DNA of 64,000 nt from Octopus bimaculoides (taxonomy: Eukaryota), in assembly GCF_001194135.2 (NCBI RefSeq), contig NC_068991.1, forward strand, positions 51,104,107 to 51,168,106, given 5' to 3'. Shown here piece by piece: positions 51,713 through 63,792 of the stretch. The notes under the pieces are model-generated. The model ran no database searches. It was not told the DNA's origin and worked only from the letters and a program-made list of their open reading frames with translations. Each line of letters opens with the position of its first letter. Position 1 is the stretch's first letter. The translations under genes were made by a program, and so were the position numbers.

Positions 51713-52941
51713 TTAAGGCAATTGAAGTTTCGGGCTTTAGTAACTATCTATAAATGTGATAAGATAGGAAATTTATACATCACTTTGTTTCAGATTAAAT
51801 AAATTCAGATTTATAAATTAGATAATGGCTAAAGGCCAAAATACAGTCATAACAGAAAATACAGAAAAGTAATACAGCAAGAGCAAAAATGTTTAAAATT
51901 AGCCGACAACAATCTGAAAAATTGTCAAGAAATTTCAAGAGACTGGTTCCACTGCTGATCGACCTAGACATGGCTGAAAAAGATGTGTGTGGACCCCTCA
52001 GCTTATAAAAAGTATCAGAGAAAAGATATGGCAAAATCCTCATTGTTTCATCAGAAGACTCTCTGCCACAGCAAAAATAAGCCAAACATCGATGTATCGA
52101 GTGTTGAAGGAGGATCTCAGGACCCACCCCTATAAGATGATCTGCTGTCATGAGCTAATGCAAGTTTAGAAGGCCATGAGACTGGAGAGAAGTCATCTTA
52201 TCTTGCGTCAGATTGCTGAAGGTATGCTGCCCAACCTGACGTTCACTGATGAAAAGAAATTTGACATTGAGCAGACAGTAAATCACCAGAATGACCAATT
52301 TTGGTGTATATCTGGCTCTGTCAAGGGTAGACTTATAAATCGACATCAGAATCCACAGTCAGTTATGATTTGGGCAGCTGTAGCAGCCACTGGAAGGTCT
52401 CCCCTTGTTTTTGTGCCCTTGAGTGTTAAAATTAAAACCCATCGATACATTAGCAACATTCTAGAAGCTGAACTGCTTCCATGGGCGAGTGAGCACTTTC
52501 AAAGCGCACCTTGGAGACTCCAACAGGAATCGACACCATCCCACAGCTCCAAACAGACTCAACACTGGATTCAAAAAAGCATTCCATCATTTATAGGCAA
52601 GGGTGTGTTGCCCTCAAGAAGCTCTGATCTCAACCCATGGATTTTTTCTGTTTGGTTCATTTTGGAGATGAGGGTCTCAAGCACTCATGCTTCGCTTGAT
52701 GCTCTGAAGGCAAAACTGCACCAGGAATGGGCTTCAATCCCACAAGAACAGCTGCATGCCATGTGTGAAGTATTCACACCTAGACGTAAGCCTGTGATTT
52801 GAAACATTTGGTCATATCGAATAAATGTGGTCATGTCATCATTGTGTTTCCTTTACCATTGCATTGCAATGCTTGGACCTGAAATATAACAATATTTTAT
52901 TTTGTAAAAAGTTGGTTGCCTTAATTTTAGGACACTCTGTA
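51700..52941 (+). mobile_element. Tc1/mariner element of the DD37D (maT) type; transposase pseudogene
   Basis: In-frame ORFs 51987-52169 and 52176-52802 are separated by one TAG. Motifs FTDEKKFDIEQ, VMIWAAV, QQ(E)STPSH and SSDLNP are present, with 37 residues between the second and third catalytic positions. The right TIR ...ttaattttaggacactctg|TA ends at 52939; the left TIR survives only as attaaggcaa at ~51712. Confidence 0.8.
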
Positions 52942-53024
52942 TAGGGTACTGTTCCATAATAGTAATATCAATAAAAAAAAAGTACTCCATCTGGTGAGAG
53001 ATAATTATTATTTAATAAACACAA

Positions 53025-53210
53025 TATATATCTTATGTGCTGCTTTTAATTTCATGCAATGAAAGCATGGCAGACAGTATTTTTTAACACACCTGGTGCC
53101 TTAGTGCAATTTTTGTGCCTGAAGATTGCACCAAACTGCCTGACATATTAGAAAATACTGTCTGGCATGCTTTCATTGCATGAAACTAATAGTAGCACAT
53201 AAAAATATAT
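53025..53210. repeat. Inverted repeat, ~60-bp arms, related to the 19688 palindrome, with hammerhead-like remnants
   Basis: tttcatgcaatgaaagcatggcagacagtatt versus aatactgtctggcatgctttcattgcatgaaa; ctgaaga at 53119. Confidence 0.75.
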
Positions 53211-54705
53211 ATTGTGCTTATTAAACTATATATAGTTTCTAAGATTGTATGAGGCTTCTTTATACACAAGTATCATACAATCTGCTTTCCTTTTGTTATC
53301 AATAGAGCTAATAACGAATAAGAGATGAGTGAGATGAGAATGTTGGAGGGTGGGGAACAGCTTGAGTCCAAGGAGCAGAGATCACTATAATAGCAATAGA
53401 AAAAACAGGATAATATTTCAAATTTCTTGTTAAACAGGAAATTCAAGGCTCAGGTCATGCAGGCCAATTTTGAATAAGGTTAGGGTCACTAGCATTTTTC
53501 TGAAGCTTGACTGTGAAGTAGGTAGGGACATCCAGGGACACCTTCTGTATAAAGAACTTATAGTTAAATATGGCCTTATATAATTAATGTGCAGGAAAAT
53601 GCTTAATTCATTAGAAAATAATCATTAGCATTAATGATTATTCTTAGTTTAGAAAAATAAGGGAGACAACTAGTATATCAAAATTAAAACTAAAATGAAA
53701 TCATAGAATGTGTGAGTCTGATTTGTGGTAATCATGATGACAACTCCAGACATGTTTTGGTCTTATTGCACCTCAACAGTTCATAGTATTACAGTATTGA
53801 CTAGATCTTATCTAATTACATCACTGGTACTGTCAGCTTGAAGGATAATTATTTTACAAATTGTGGTTTGTAAAATTGCTGTGTGATTAGGAAGTTCACC
53901 TGGCAACCATAAGGTTTGGGGTTTGATTCCACTGCACAACACTTTGGTAAGATGTCTTTTACTGAAGCTTTTAGTTGACTAATGGTCTGTGAGAGAAATT
54001 TGAAAGCTGGAAATTGTGCCTGTTGCTTGTGTGTGTATATGCATGTGTGTGTGTGTGTACTCAAGTAAAATGGTATATTGGTATCATAGCCCGTCTGATA
54101 AATAGGTATGGATAAAGTCTTGGTATCAGTTGGTAAAAGAATATGAATCATTGATCCTATAATTCATGGTGGTGGTGGTGGTGGCATCATCGATGATGAT
54201 CTTTTGGTCTTGTGTATTCTATTGTTCCATCAACTGAACTCCCAACTTGTTAAATTAATGTCTATGTGGCTACAACTGTAGCCCTAATTTAACCCCAGAC
54301 AGATGCAACATGAAACAGTATGTGACAAGGCTGAACCTTGCAATTACTCATACAATCCATCTGATAAGCTTCCCTACAGTTTCCATACATCCAATGTTAG
54401 TCAAAGAGTTGGGTAGAACCAAGGCTTGGCCCCACATTCCATGTAGTGGAATTGAACCTGATACCTCATAACGGTGAAGAAAACTGCTTCTAGCAGTTTG
54501 AGAGACCCAATACAGGCCCCCCCCCCACTGCCTCAAGAAATTATGTAGAATATTTTACTGCAGTCAATGGTTTTAGTAATTGTTGTGGATGTTGTGATAT
54601 GCTTTTTTTTTTATTATGCTATATAATATTATATTCTTTGTAATGTTTATTTTATTTTTTTATTATTTTTGAATGGTAATTTCTATGTGTTTTTCTTACA
54701 TTTAG

Positions 54706-54919
54706 GCAATCTCGAGCTGAATTGCAATCCCTGGCTCATCTTATTGAGTCTATGTGGACTCAGCACAATCCACCGGTGTCACCAAACAGCCTGGATTTAG
54801 ATCAGATGTTCAGCTTCCTGCAAGAAGAAAAGGCTAACGACCAATTAGAGACTAACGATAAAGAAGAAGCCGTCAATCAAATAAATGAGGCCTTTGAAGT
54901 GTTGAATGATCTTTGGGAG
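54706..54919 (+). CDS. Internal exon of the same myosin gene: proximal tail (QSRAELQSLAHLIESMWTQHNPPVSPNSLDLDQMFSFLQEEKANDQLETNDKEEAVNQINEAFEVLNDLWE)
   Basis: Acceptor ttttcttacatttag|g and donor gag|gtaaat; 214 nt, phase 2 to phase 0, matching the phase-2 end of the previous exon (cg|g = Arg). Overlaps track ORF 54722..54973. Confidence 0.85.
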
Positions 54920-55206
54920 GTAAATAGCAATATGTTTCTTTTGCTTACCATTACAATTAGCTTCTCCTGTTAAGTAAAACTACTGATGGATTTTATGTTA
55001 TTATTTGTACTATTTTATCTCTGAATTTTTGCCAATAAAACACATGTATACACATACATGCACACATATGTGAGTGCGTAAGTGTGTATGTTACTGTGTT
55101 TATATATATATAAGCATGTATATGTATGGTGCATGTGTATATATATATGCGAACCCATGGAAAACAAACTTCAACCAGCTATTCTGATTATATGTCTGTG
55201 CACACG

Positions 55207-55401
55207 TTTGAATGTGGTGTGTGCCAGAGGGCTTGCAAATCCAATGGGGGTCTTAAAAGACATATTAGGATCCACATTGCGCAGAAATTACCTGCAAGTA
55301 TTCATAGTACAAATCAGAGGTGCAATCTGTGTGGGTGTTTTTTCAAAACATTGTCTGATTTAAAAAGCCACATCAGACGCCATGAAAGAGCTAAGGTGTA
55401 G
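55207..55401 (+). other. Two canonical C2H2 zinc fingers in a short ORF (probable LINE C-terminal remnant or ZNF gene fragment)
   Basis: CGVCQRACKSNGGLKRHIRIH and [21 protein letters not shown] are both C-X2-C-X12-H-X3-H; there is no TGEKP linker and no phase-0 acceptor to join the myosin exon. Confidence 0.7.
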
Positions 55402-55458
55402 GTGCAGGTGGTGGTCAAACTCTGTGTAAGGAGTAGACAACCACCATATATATATATA

Positions 55459-55489
<31 letters not shown>

Positions 55490-55516
55490 AGATATAGATA
55501 TACATATATTTATATA

Positions 55517-55573
<57 letters not shown>

Positions 55574-55749
55574 ATACATACATGCATACATACATACATA
55601 CATACATACATGCATATGTATACACACACATATATACATATATATATGCATACATTTATTCACACACACATGTATATGTATATGTCAATAAGCGATTGGT
55701 TAACATTTAAAAGAAGATACTTCACCTTGATTCACCGCTGGTAAATGTA

Positions 55750-56140
55750 ACTTTGATCAACAAGTGATAGCGAGGCTGATGCACTGGAACAGTCAAGTGT
55801 CCTCACCAGTTACCTCTGCAATGTGAGTTGCCAGTGAAGACAGAAATCTTGCAGTCAGTGGTCCGACCCCCACCAAATGTCTCGAACGCCACAGGATGGA
55901 AAATGTAGTTGGCCGACAGATCACATATTTCAGGATTTTGTTCTGCTCAGCTGCAGAAGCTGTGGATCTCGTCCTGACTGCAGCATCAAGGATGTGAGAA
56001 GAAGTAAAGGAGTTGCTAACTGTAGCATCCCAGACAAGGCATCTGCCTTGTGACCAGGGGCGCAGCGTGAGGCCATCAAGTCACTTCCCATCACATCTGA
56101 ACAATCCAGATGGTTCCAAGATGGAGGGGATGTTTGCCCA
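55750..56140 (-). mobile_element. REL endonuclease fragment of a CRE-like non-LTR retrotransposon (pseudogenic)
   Basis: The minus frame reads [39 protein letters not shown]...AAEQNKILK...FHPVAFETFG, matching the RPDG..PW..G..L.WD.T...E..K..KY...F.P.A.ET.G pattern. Confidence 0.75.
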
Positions 56141-57578
56141 GGCCGTGTACCAGATTTCAAAGATCATATTTCCATGTGCCACAATTATTTTAGTTATCTC
56201 AATTAATTGAGTTTTTTTATTTTTTTTTTTTATCTCTGTCTCATAATAAAACCTTTATTAATTGTGGCCACCCTGATTATATGCAATTATTTGTTTCTTA
56301 GCAAACGTTTATGAATTACATTTTGCAATCTATCCTATATTCAATATGTGAAATCAGGAATGGGACAATATTGCTATGCAAATGCTTATTCACTGAATGT
56401 CAGTAACATTCAGAATTCTGTTAATGGTATGTAAATATCTTCTTAGAAGTGTTCCGGTTATATTTCTAACCTCCTTTATAATAAGAATTTTTTGTTGCAC
56501 AATATAAAATTAAAACATCAAGAACAGTGAGAGAACTTCTACTGGAATACCTTTTAAGCTGTTTTCTGTTTTTCAAGCTCAGTATTAATATTAAAAGACC
56601 CCATCAAGTTCCTATTCTTCATCTCTTTGTGTGTAAAATCAATCCTATTAGTCATCATCCTTTGATACATATTGTCCTCTAACCTGTTGTCTGCATGTCA
56701 GAGTTGTAACAGTCTACAATTATTCTTTAATTATTTAATGTTTCCACTATGTTATTATAACTTTGCAATATTATCTCTGGAGTATAACAGACATATCTAA
56801 TTCTTATGAGTAAAGCTGTGAGGACCAGCTATATATGCTAATTTCAGTTTACATGTTGTGTGTTCAAACTCGTTGCAGGTAAAGACAAAAAAATGTTTCT
56901 GAACACAGCATGTTTTTAATTCACCAAATTATTGGGAATTGAAACCAAATCTGGAAACATTTGTTGGTTCCATGGCTGCCAGCAATAGAAAGCTACCCCC
57001 ACCCCCACTTCCCAGTGTAGATTTTACTAAAAAATTCTGTAACTTCTCCAGATACAAGATCACATGATGTGATAGCTTCATAAAATTTTATGAACCGAAC
57101 CCTTATGTTCATTGCATTAATTAACAAATGAAAGTATAATTACTCTAATCAAGTAAAAAAAATCTTTCACTTACACAAGACTGATGAATCATTGCTTTAG
57201 TTTTGATTAAATGAATTTTAATTCATTCTTCAATTGAAAAAAGTTTCTAGGTAAAACTTTCTAGCTAAGGATTTAAATTACCATAATAGATGCTGATGTG
57301 GCTGTGCAGTAAGAAGTTTGCTTCCGAGCCAGGTTCAGTCCCACTGTGTGGCATTTTGGCCAAATGTCTTTTACTATAGCCTTAGGCCGAAGCCTGTCAT
57401 ATATATATATATANNNNNNNNNNNNNNNNNNNNNNNNNNNNNNNNNNNNNNNNNNNNNNNNNNNNNNNNNNNNNNNNNNNNNNNNNNNNNNNNNNNNNNN
57501 NNNNNNNNNNNNNNNNNNNNNNNNNNNNNNNNNNNNNNNNNNNNNNNNNNNNNNNNNNNNNNNNNNNNNNNNNNNTTC

Positions 57579-57623
57579 AGCCAGAGTTCTTTTGTCACAC
57601 TTCTGTGACCTCATCAGTGGTCC
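57579..57623 (-). ncRNA. Decayed minimal type I hammerhead motif (probably inactive)
   Basis: Minus strand reads GGACCA-CUGAUGA-GGUCAC AGAAGU GUGAC-AAAA-GAACU-C-UGG. Stem II is 5 bp and stem I is 3 bp, but GAAA is mutated to AAAA. Confidence 0.45.
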
Positions 57624-59747
57624 TTTGCTTTCTTCTTTCTTATTTGTGTGTTTTTCCTTACTAACGATCAGCTGAAATATGATTAATGTAAAAAATAAAA
57701 TAAAGCTGAAGCAAATTAACACTAAATATATTGTGCATGTGTTTTTATTGGCTAAACTGGCAACATGACCATCCCCAAATACAACAATATCTGTTTCAAC
57801 ACACGATTTCACATCAAGAATCTTGCAAAACGAATATATGTACCCATATATGCCTGTATGTATACATATAGATGTAGGTATGTACATATATGTATGGATA
57901 TATGCATATGTCTATATATCATTTATATTATATAAATATATGAGAGGTATTAGTATCTAGAAGACCCATCCATAATATCCCTGAAACAGCTGTAAGACTA
58001 TTTCATCATTATAAATGTCCTGAAAACTCCTCATAGCCTTGACTTTGTTATCTCATTCTTCTGTCTAATGTGTGTGTGTGTGTGTGTGTGTGTGTGTCTT
58101 TGTGTCTTTGTGTCTGTGTTTGTCCCGCATCACTACTTGACAACTGGTGTTGGTATGTTTATGCCTCAGTAACATGGCAAAAGAGACTGATAGAATAAGT
58201 AGCAGACTTAAAAATCAAGTACTGGGTGGGGTGTGTCAATTCATTTGACTAAAATTCCTCCAAGTGGTGCACCAGCATAGCTGCAGTCTAATTATTGAAA
58301 CAAGCAAAAGGTAAAAACAATTATCACATATAGAGCAGTATCAGACATATTATTTCTTGAGTTACTATATTTTGAAAATGTTTCAATCTTTAAAATTGTG
58401 AGAATGATAGGAAACACATTTGGTGAGGCATCTTTTGTAGTGTTGCATTCAAAATCTTAAGTGGGTCCTTTTTAAATATAATTTTCATCTAACTAGGAAT
58501 AAATGAAGTAGCATGTCTATCTCAGGATATAGTACAGTACATGAGATACAGTACTAAGGATACAGCATATGTGCCATATTATGAGATACTAGCCCAACTT
58601 GTGCACCTAACAATGAAGGACTCAGTTTGTTTTGAGTCTCTTTTAACAAACTTATCGAGAAAGAGAAAAAGATTTGCTTAAGATCTATAAAGAACTGAAT
58701 GAATATAATTTACAAAAAAACGCATTTAACCAAGGAGAAATTGAACTTATAACTTAATATCCCATTTTATATTGGTTTCAAATTTTGGCACAAAGCCAGC
58801 AATTTTGGTGGAAGAGGCAAGTCAATTAGATCAACCCCCGTGTCCAATTGGTACTTATTTTATTGGCTCGAAAGGATGAACGGCTAAGTTAACCTCAGTT
58901 GAATTTGAACTCAGAACGTAAAGACATGAAATGCCATTAAGCATTTTGCCTGACATGCTAATGATTCTACTACCTTGCCACCTTAATTACAACCCTATTC
59001 ATATCAATATCAGCCACATGTTGATTAATTCTTTAACATTTAAACTGGCTATATCTGGCCAAAAGTCACTACTTGATTTATGTTCAAACTGGCCAGATCC
59101 TGCCTCTTGCACCTACCCTACATTGTTAGTCTAAGATATATACAGCCACATAACTGTAATCTCATATAAGATAATGCAAGATAAATTCAAAACTATGTAA
59201 ATAAATAAGCATTATATTTGATAGAATAATCTGAATGCTAAAGGGTTAATATCAGATGTGACAATTATAAGCCTTTAACTAATAAATTAGCTCAAGTAAA
59301 TCATGGATTGAGTTTGTTACTAGAGTTGAAGTGTTCACTGGTATTAAAGTTTACTTAAGTTGAGTGAAGCAGATAGAATAATATGCTTCTAGTTAGCATT
59401 TGAAGTTACTGAGCTTGTGGTTTGCTGTGTGTGTGTAGTCTACACTAGACGATTGTTATGGTTGAGAAACAATAAAGAGAAAGAAATCTGTCCCTTGCTG
59501 TGGTTGTTGGCTATTTTACTAAAATAGTTGGCAAATAATAAATTCAATTATTCAAGCCCTAAACTATTGGCATTCCTCATAATGAACAACAATATAGAGT
59601 GAAAAATAGAGGATGAATCGATGAATAGAGACACATCTAAATAGAGAAAGTAATAGAGGATGAGGGAACTATATGGGAAGGTAACAGGCAGAATAGTTAC
59701 AAGGAGTGAGCAAATGAATAAGAGAGAGAGGTGGGGGAGTTAGAGAG

Positions 59748-59778
<31 letters not shown>

Positions 59779-60629
59779 GGAATGGAAGGAGGATGAAGAG
59801 GAGAAGCAGGTTGTGTGTATGTGTGTGCTCATGTAAAAGTTATATCTAAGACACTATGAAACACTTCTCCTAAGCTGCCAATTCTGATAAAAGTTTTGTC
59901 TTAAGTTGCATTGTTACCTTTGAAGATAAAACCCATGTGCCAAAAGTAGATGATAGATTTATTTGAAATCTCAGTGTAGCTTGCAGCAAAGATCAATGTT
60001 TGTGAAGTCTTCTGAGACATTTTGCTCTGACTCTAACTTTAGCCTACTTCCACTGTTTCTCCAGGAATAATGCCAATAAGTTTGTTTATGGCCAGGCAGA
60101 CAGGCAGACAGGTTGGTAGGTTGGCAGATAGGGTGGGGGTCGGGGTAAGACAACAGTACTGAAACTGTTGTTTAATCAATGTTTGTAATTGAGGGAAGCA
60201 GCATCTCTTCCACTCAATCAGGAGAATGATTGCTCTGAATTTTACCACTCTTTCTGGCACTTTTTAATTACTCTACAAACATCAAGGCTCATTTCAACAA
60301 TGGTTTTTGCCTTTATTTTTATTGACTTTAATTAACTTAACAATTAGAGGATCTCTTTATTAACTTTTTTTGTTTATTAATCCACTGTTATTTATTTTAT
60401 TTCATTTTCTGCTTAGTTGTAACCAACATAGCCTCCTCTCACCTCACACTGGGTTTGTTTGGGTTGGAGTGACTACTACATTAGAAAACAATATTTCCTA
60501 AGCAGTCCAGGCAAAATGTGTGAATTATTTGGTCCATCCCACATGTTAGCTTTGATAACTTAGATATGTTTCAACCAAAGATTGGCCCAGGCCATGTTGA
60601 AGTTAGTAGCACCACCTCATAGACAAACA

Positions 60630-60960
60630 GACAGGCAGACACTGTAATTTTTTTAAAGTCAAGTTTTGTGGCCCATTTAAGTAGGGAGTTTTTGTTTACT
60701 GAGCTGCATCCAGGTATAGGTGGCTTATTTGGTATCCCTTGAAGAAATTTGTCCAAGTTTCATTTGAAGGTGATTGGATCTTTTTCTTTGATTTGTTTTG
60801 GGATAATGTTAAATAGAGCAGGGCTTGTTGAGGAAAAGAAATTGAGTTGCAGTGAATTTATGCATTGTGAGCCTGAATTGTGTAGGGAGCATACAGAATG
60901 TGATCCCAGCTTTGGATGATTCGAGCTGAGTTCCCCAGCATTAAGAGAATGAAGTTCCTT
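60630..60960 (-). mobile_element. CR1/L2-group LINE 3'-terminal fragment
   Basis: The minus frames read NFFSSTSPALFNIIPKQIKEKDPITFK / LDKFLQGIPNKPPIPG.SSVNKNSLL. Confidence 0.7.
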
Positions 60961-62759
60961 CACTGAACACTTATTTATTGTCACAGAAAGATGATGCTTA
61001 TGGTGATGCATTCAAATTCTACTAAAGGCATGTTATTCAGTTTATCTTTTATCATTTACTTGTTTCAGTCATTGGACTACAGCCATGCTTGGGCACCACC
61101 TTGAAAGGGTTTTTTTTGTCAAATGAATTGACCCTGGTACTTTATAAATACTGGTGCTTATTCTACAAATCTTACTTGCTGAACTGCTAAAATACAAACC
61201 AAGATCAGATATCAAGCAAGGGGTTGGGGGTACAAACACAGTTTAATTCAGATAACCAAAATCGAAAGAGGTAATAGCACTCATTTCTTGAGCAAGTGGT
61301 TATTATATTCAACAATGATGTTGCCTGAAAAATCTGTTAACTGATGCAAATGTGTACAGTGTGACCCATACTATGACACAGAAATATATTTTTAAATGTT
61401 TCAAAAACATTTTTTGAATTAAAAAAATATTAAATTTCAATATTCATTATTGGCAAAAAGTATTTTGAAAGAAAAGATAAAGGATTGTTATGGAGGGTTA
61501 TTATCTCGAGTCTTCAGACCATGAATCGTATTAATGATGGAAATATGAGGGGTAATTATGTTAATTGTGTGTATGTGCGTGTGTAGGGATGACATTAATA
61601 AAGATCATATTAATAGTTTTATTGGTGGCAGTTGGGGTTGTGTTAATGATGGATGGCTGATTGCCTTGATGAGGGTGAGAGAGTTGAAGAGGGTGAGTGG
61701 GTGGGTGAGGATTGGTGACAGTAACAGTCATTATGGTGGTCGTGGGGAAGTATGCTTGGGATGAGAATGACTGTCATCATATCACTATTATGACAATGAT
61801 CATTATGACCATCATTGTTACAATAATGGTAGTGGTGGCCATGGTGCCAGCAGTGACAAAACTGATAATGATTAATGTATGTTGAGATTATATTAAACAC
61901 TGGTCTTCCCACCTGTCCCCCTTTCTGATCCCCTCACTCTCCATATTTATTGATTTTCAAAGAGCAACACCATGTCTGATTATTATGTTTTTATGTACTT
62001 TTATACAGAATTTTCATGAAATTAGTCATTGATCTTATATCGAAATTTTAATATGATTTAGTCATTACAGTGTTGTAGTTATGTTGATATTGATACAACT
62101 TTAATATAGTTCTGATATTGTTGTCATATTCCCATATATTTAATATAGATATTATATGTTGAACATTGCTGCAGTTTTATTGTTGATTGTGTTATTGTTA
62201 TTACACTGTAATAATTTTAAAGTAATGTCCCTTACATTATTAATGTTTTATTGATTATTGTAGTTGGTATGTACAGTTTATATAGTTTGGTAAAGGTATT
62301 TTATTATTGAAACATTTTTTGTATCTAGTTTTTTTTTTTATATATTATATATTATTGCACTTTGCTATGTTTGTTATACAATTGTATTAATGTAATTTTT
62401 TGATTGCTGTATTCTTATAATTTTAATATAGTTTGCTGCTAAACTGTTATACTTTAATATATTTTCATTTTCAATTATATATTAACACCTTTAATTAATT
62501 AAAAATTTAGAAAAAAAAATCTATGTTTTAAAAGCTTTCAGCTTTCTACTGAATAAAAGCTTTTTAACAACAGCAACAACAACAGCAAATATTACAAAAG
62601 CCTGTGTCCATACATTAGGCATGCAGTTTACATAATTATAATTATTACATATTCATGTATATTGTATGTATGTTGCAAGTGGATGTGTGTGTGTGTGTGT
62701 GTGCACGCACGCGTGTGTATTTGTGATTGTGTGTATTCAGCTGTGTGCATATGTGCATG

Positions 62760-62816
<57 letters not shown>

Positions 62817-63161
62817 ATACATACATACCTTGTTCACACACAAATGCATTTTGCTATGAACATTGATTTTTCATATTTATGTGTACAAATATACCCGTGT
62901 GGGTATATTTCTGTGTGCATCTGTGTGAGTGCATGTTTGTGTGTGTAGACATAAATAGACAGATAGATAGATAGATACACACACACCTATAGTTTTGCAC
63001 TTCTGTATTTTCATCCATAAACATATGTATGTACACAGAAATCCATATATATGCATTCATGTGAGTATAATATAGATTTTCTATGGCTCACATTTTTTCC
63101 CATTAATATAACCATATTCATTTTTTTAAATAGTATTTCGTGCACAGGGATATATGTATTA

Positions 63162-63195
<34 letters not shown>

Positions 63196-63298
63196 ATGTT
63201 ATGTTTTTACGTTATGTTTTTATGTTACATTAAACTGAAGGGCTTCTCAATACATTTGGTCCAGTTTAAATTTATTATTCTTTAACAAGAATAGTATT

Positions 63299-63345
63299 GA
63301 CAGCAACTTCGAAGTTTCAGTCAGCTAAGCCATCTTCAGACAGTT
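63299..63345 (-). ncRNA. Minimal type I hammerhead-like motif with palindromic stem III
   Basis: Minus strand reads ACUGU-CUGAAGA-UGGCUUAGCUGACU-GAA-ACUUCGAAGU-U-GCUGU. Core nucleotides are intact and stem III is a perfect 10-nt palindrome; stems I and II are weakened. Confidence 0.5.
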
Positions 63346-63400
63346 TAGTGATGATTTAACCAGCCAAAGTTTCGAAGTCACTGGCAATATTATTCTCATT

Positions 63401-63437
<37 letters not shown>

Positions 63438-63687
63438 GAAGCATTCTGAATATGCAAATAGCACTTGCTTGACCTTCATACTGGTGAAAAGGGATAAACA
63501 TCTCTCTGTTGTACATCAGCTAATGTTATATCACCTGAAGAAATAAATCCATGAAGATGATCTCCCCAGTGTTCGCGGATACTGTAGACTACACTAATCA
63601 TTTCAAGAATATGAATTGTGACTCTTAACAGTCATGTGATTTGTGGAAATGCACATAACAATGCATTAAATGTTTATAAATTCCATC

Positions 63688-63723
63688 CAAGAATTATTAT
63701 CATTATCATCATTATTATTATTA

Positions 63724-63787
<64 letters not shown>
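63688..63787. repeat. (ATT)n microsatellite
   Basis: Direct reading. Confidence 0.95.

Positions 63788-63792
<5 letters not shown>

Noticed and set aside
60064-60144. + strand acceptor/donor pair (tttctccag|...ggg|gtaaga) as the next myosin exon
   Set aside because: The required phase-0 frame starts GAA TAA (stop), and the interior is a simple CAGG/CAGA repeat.
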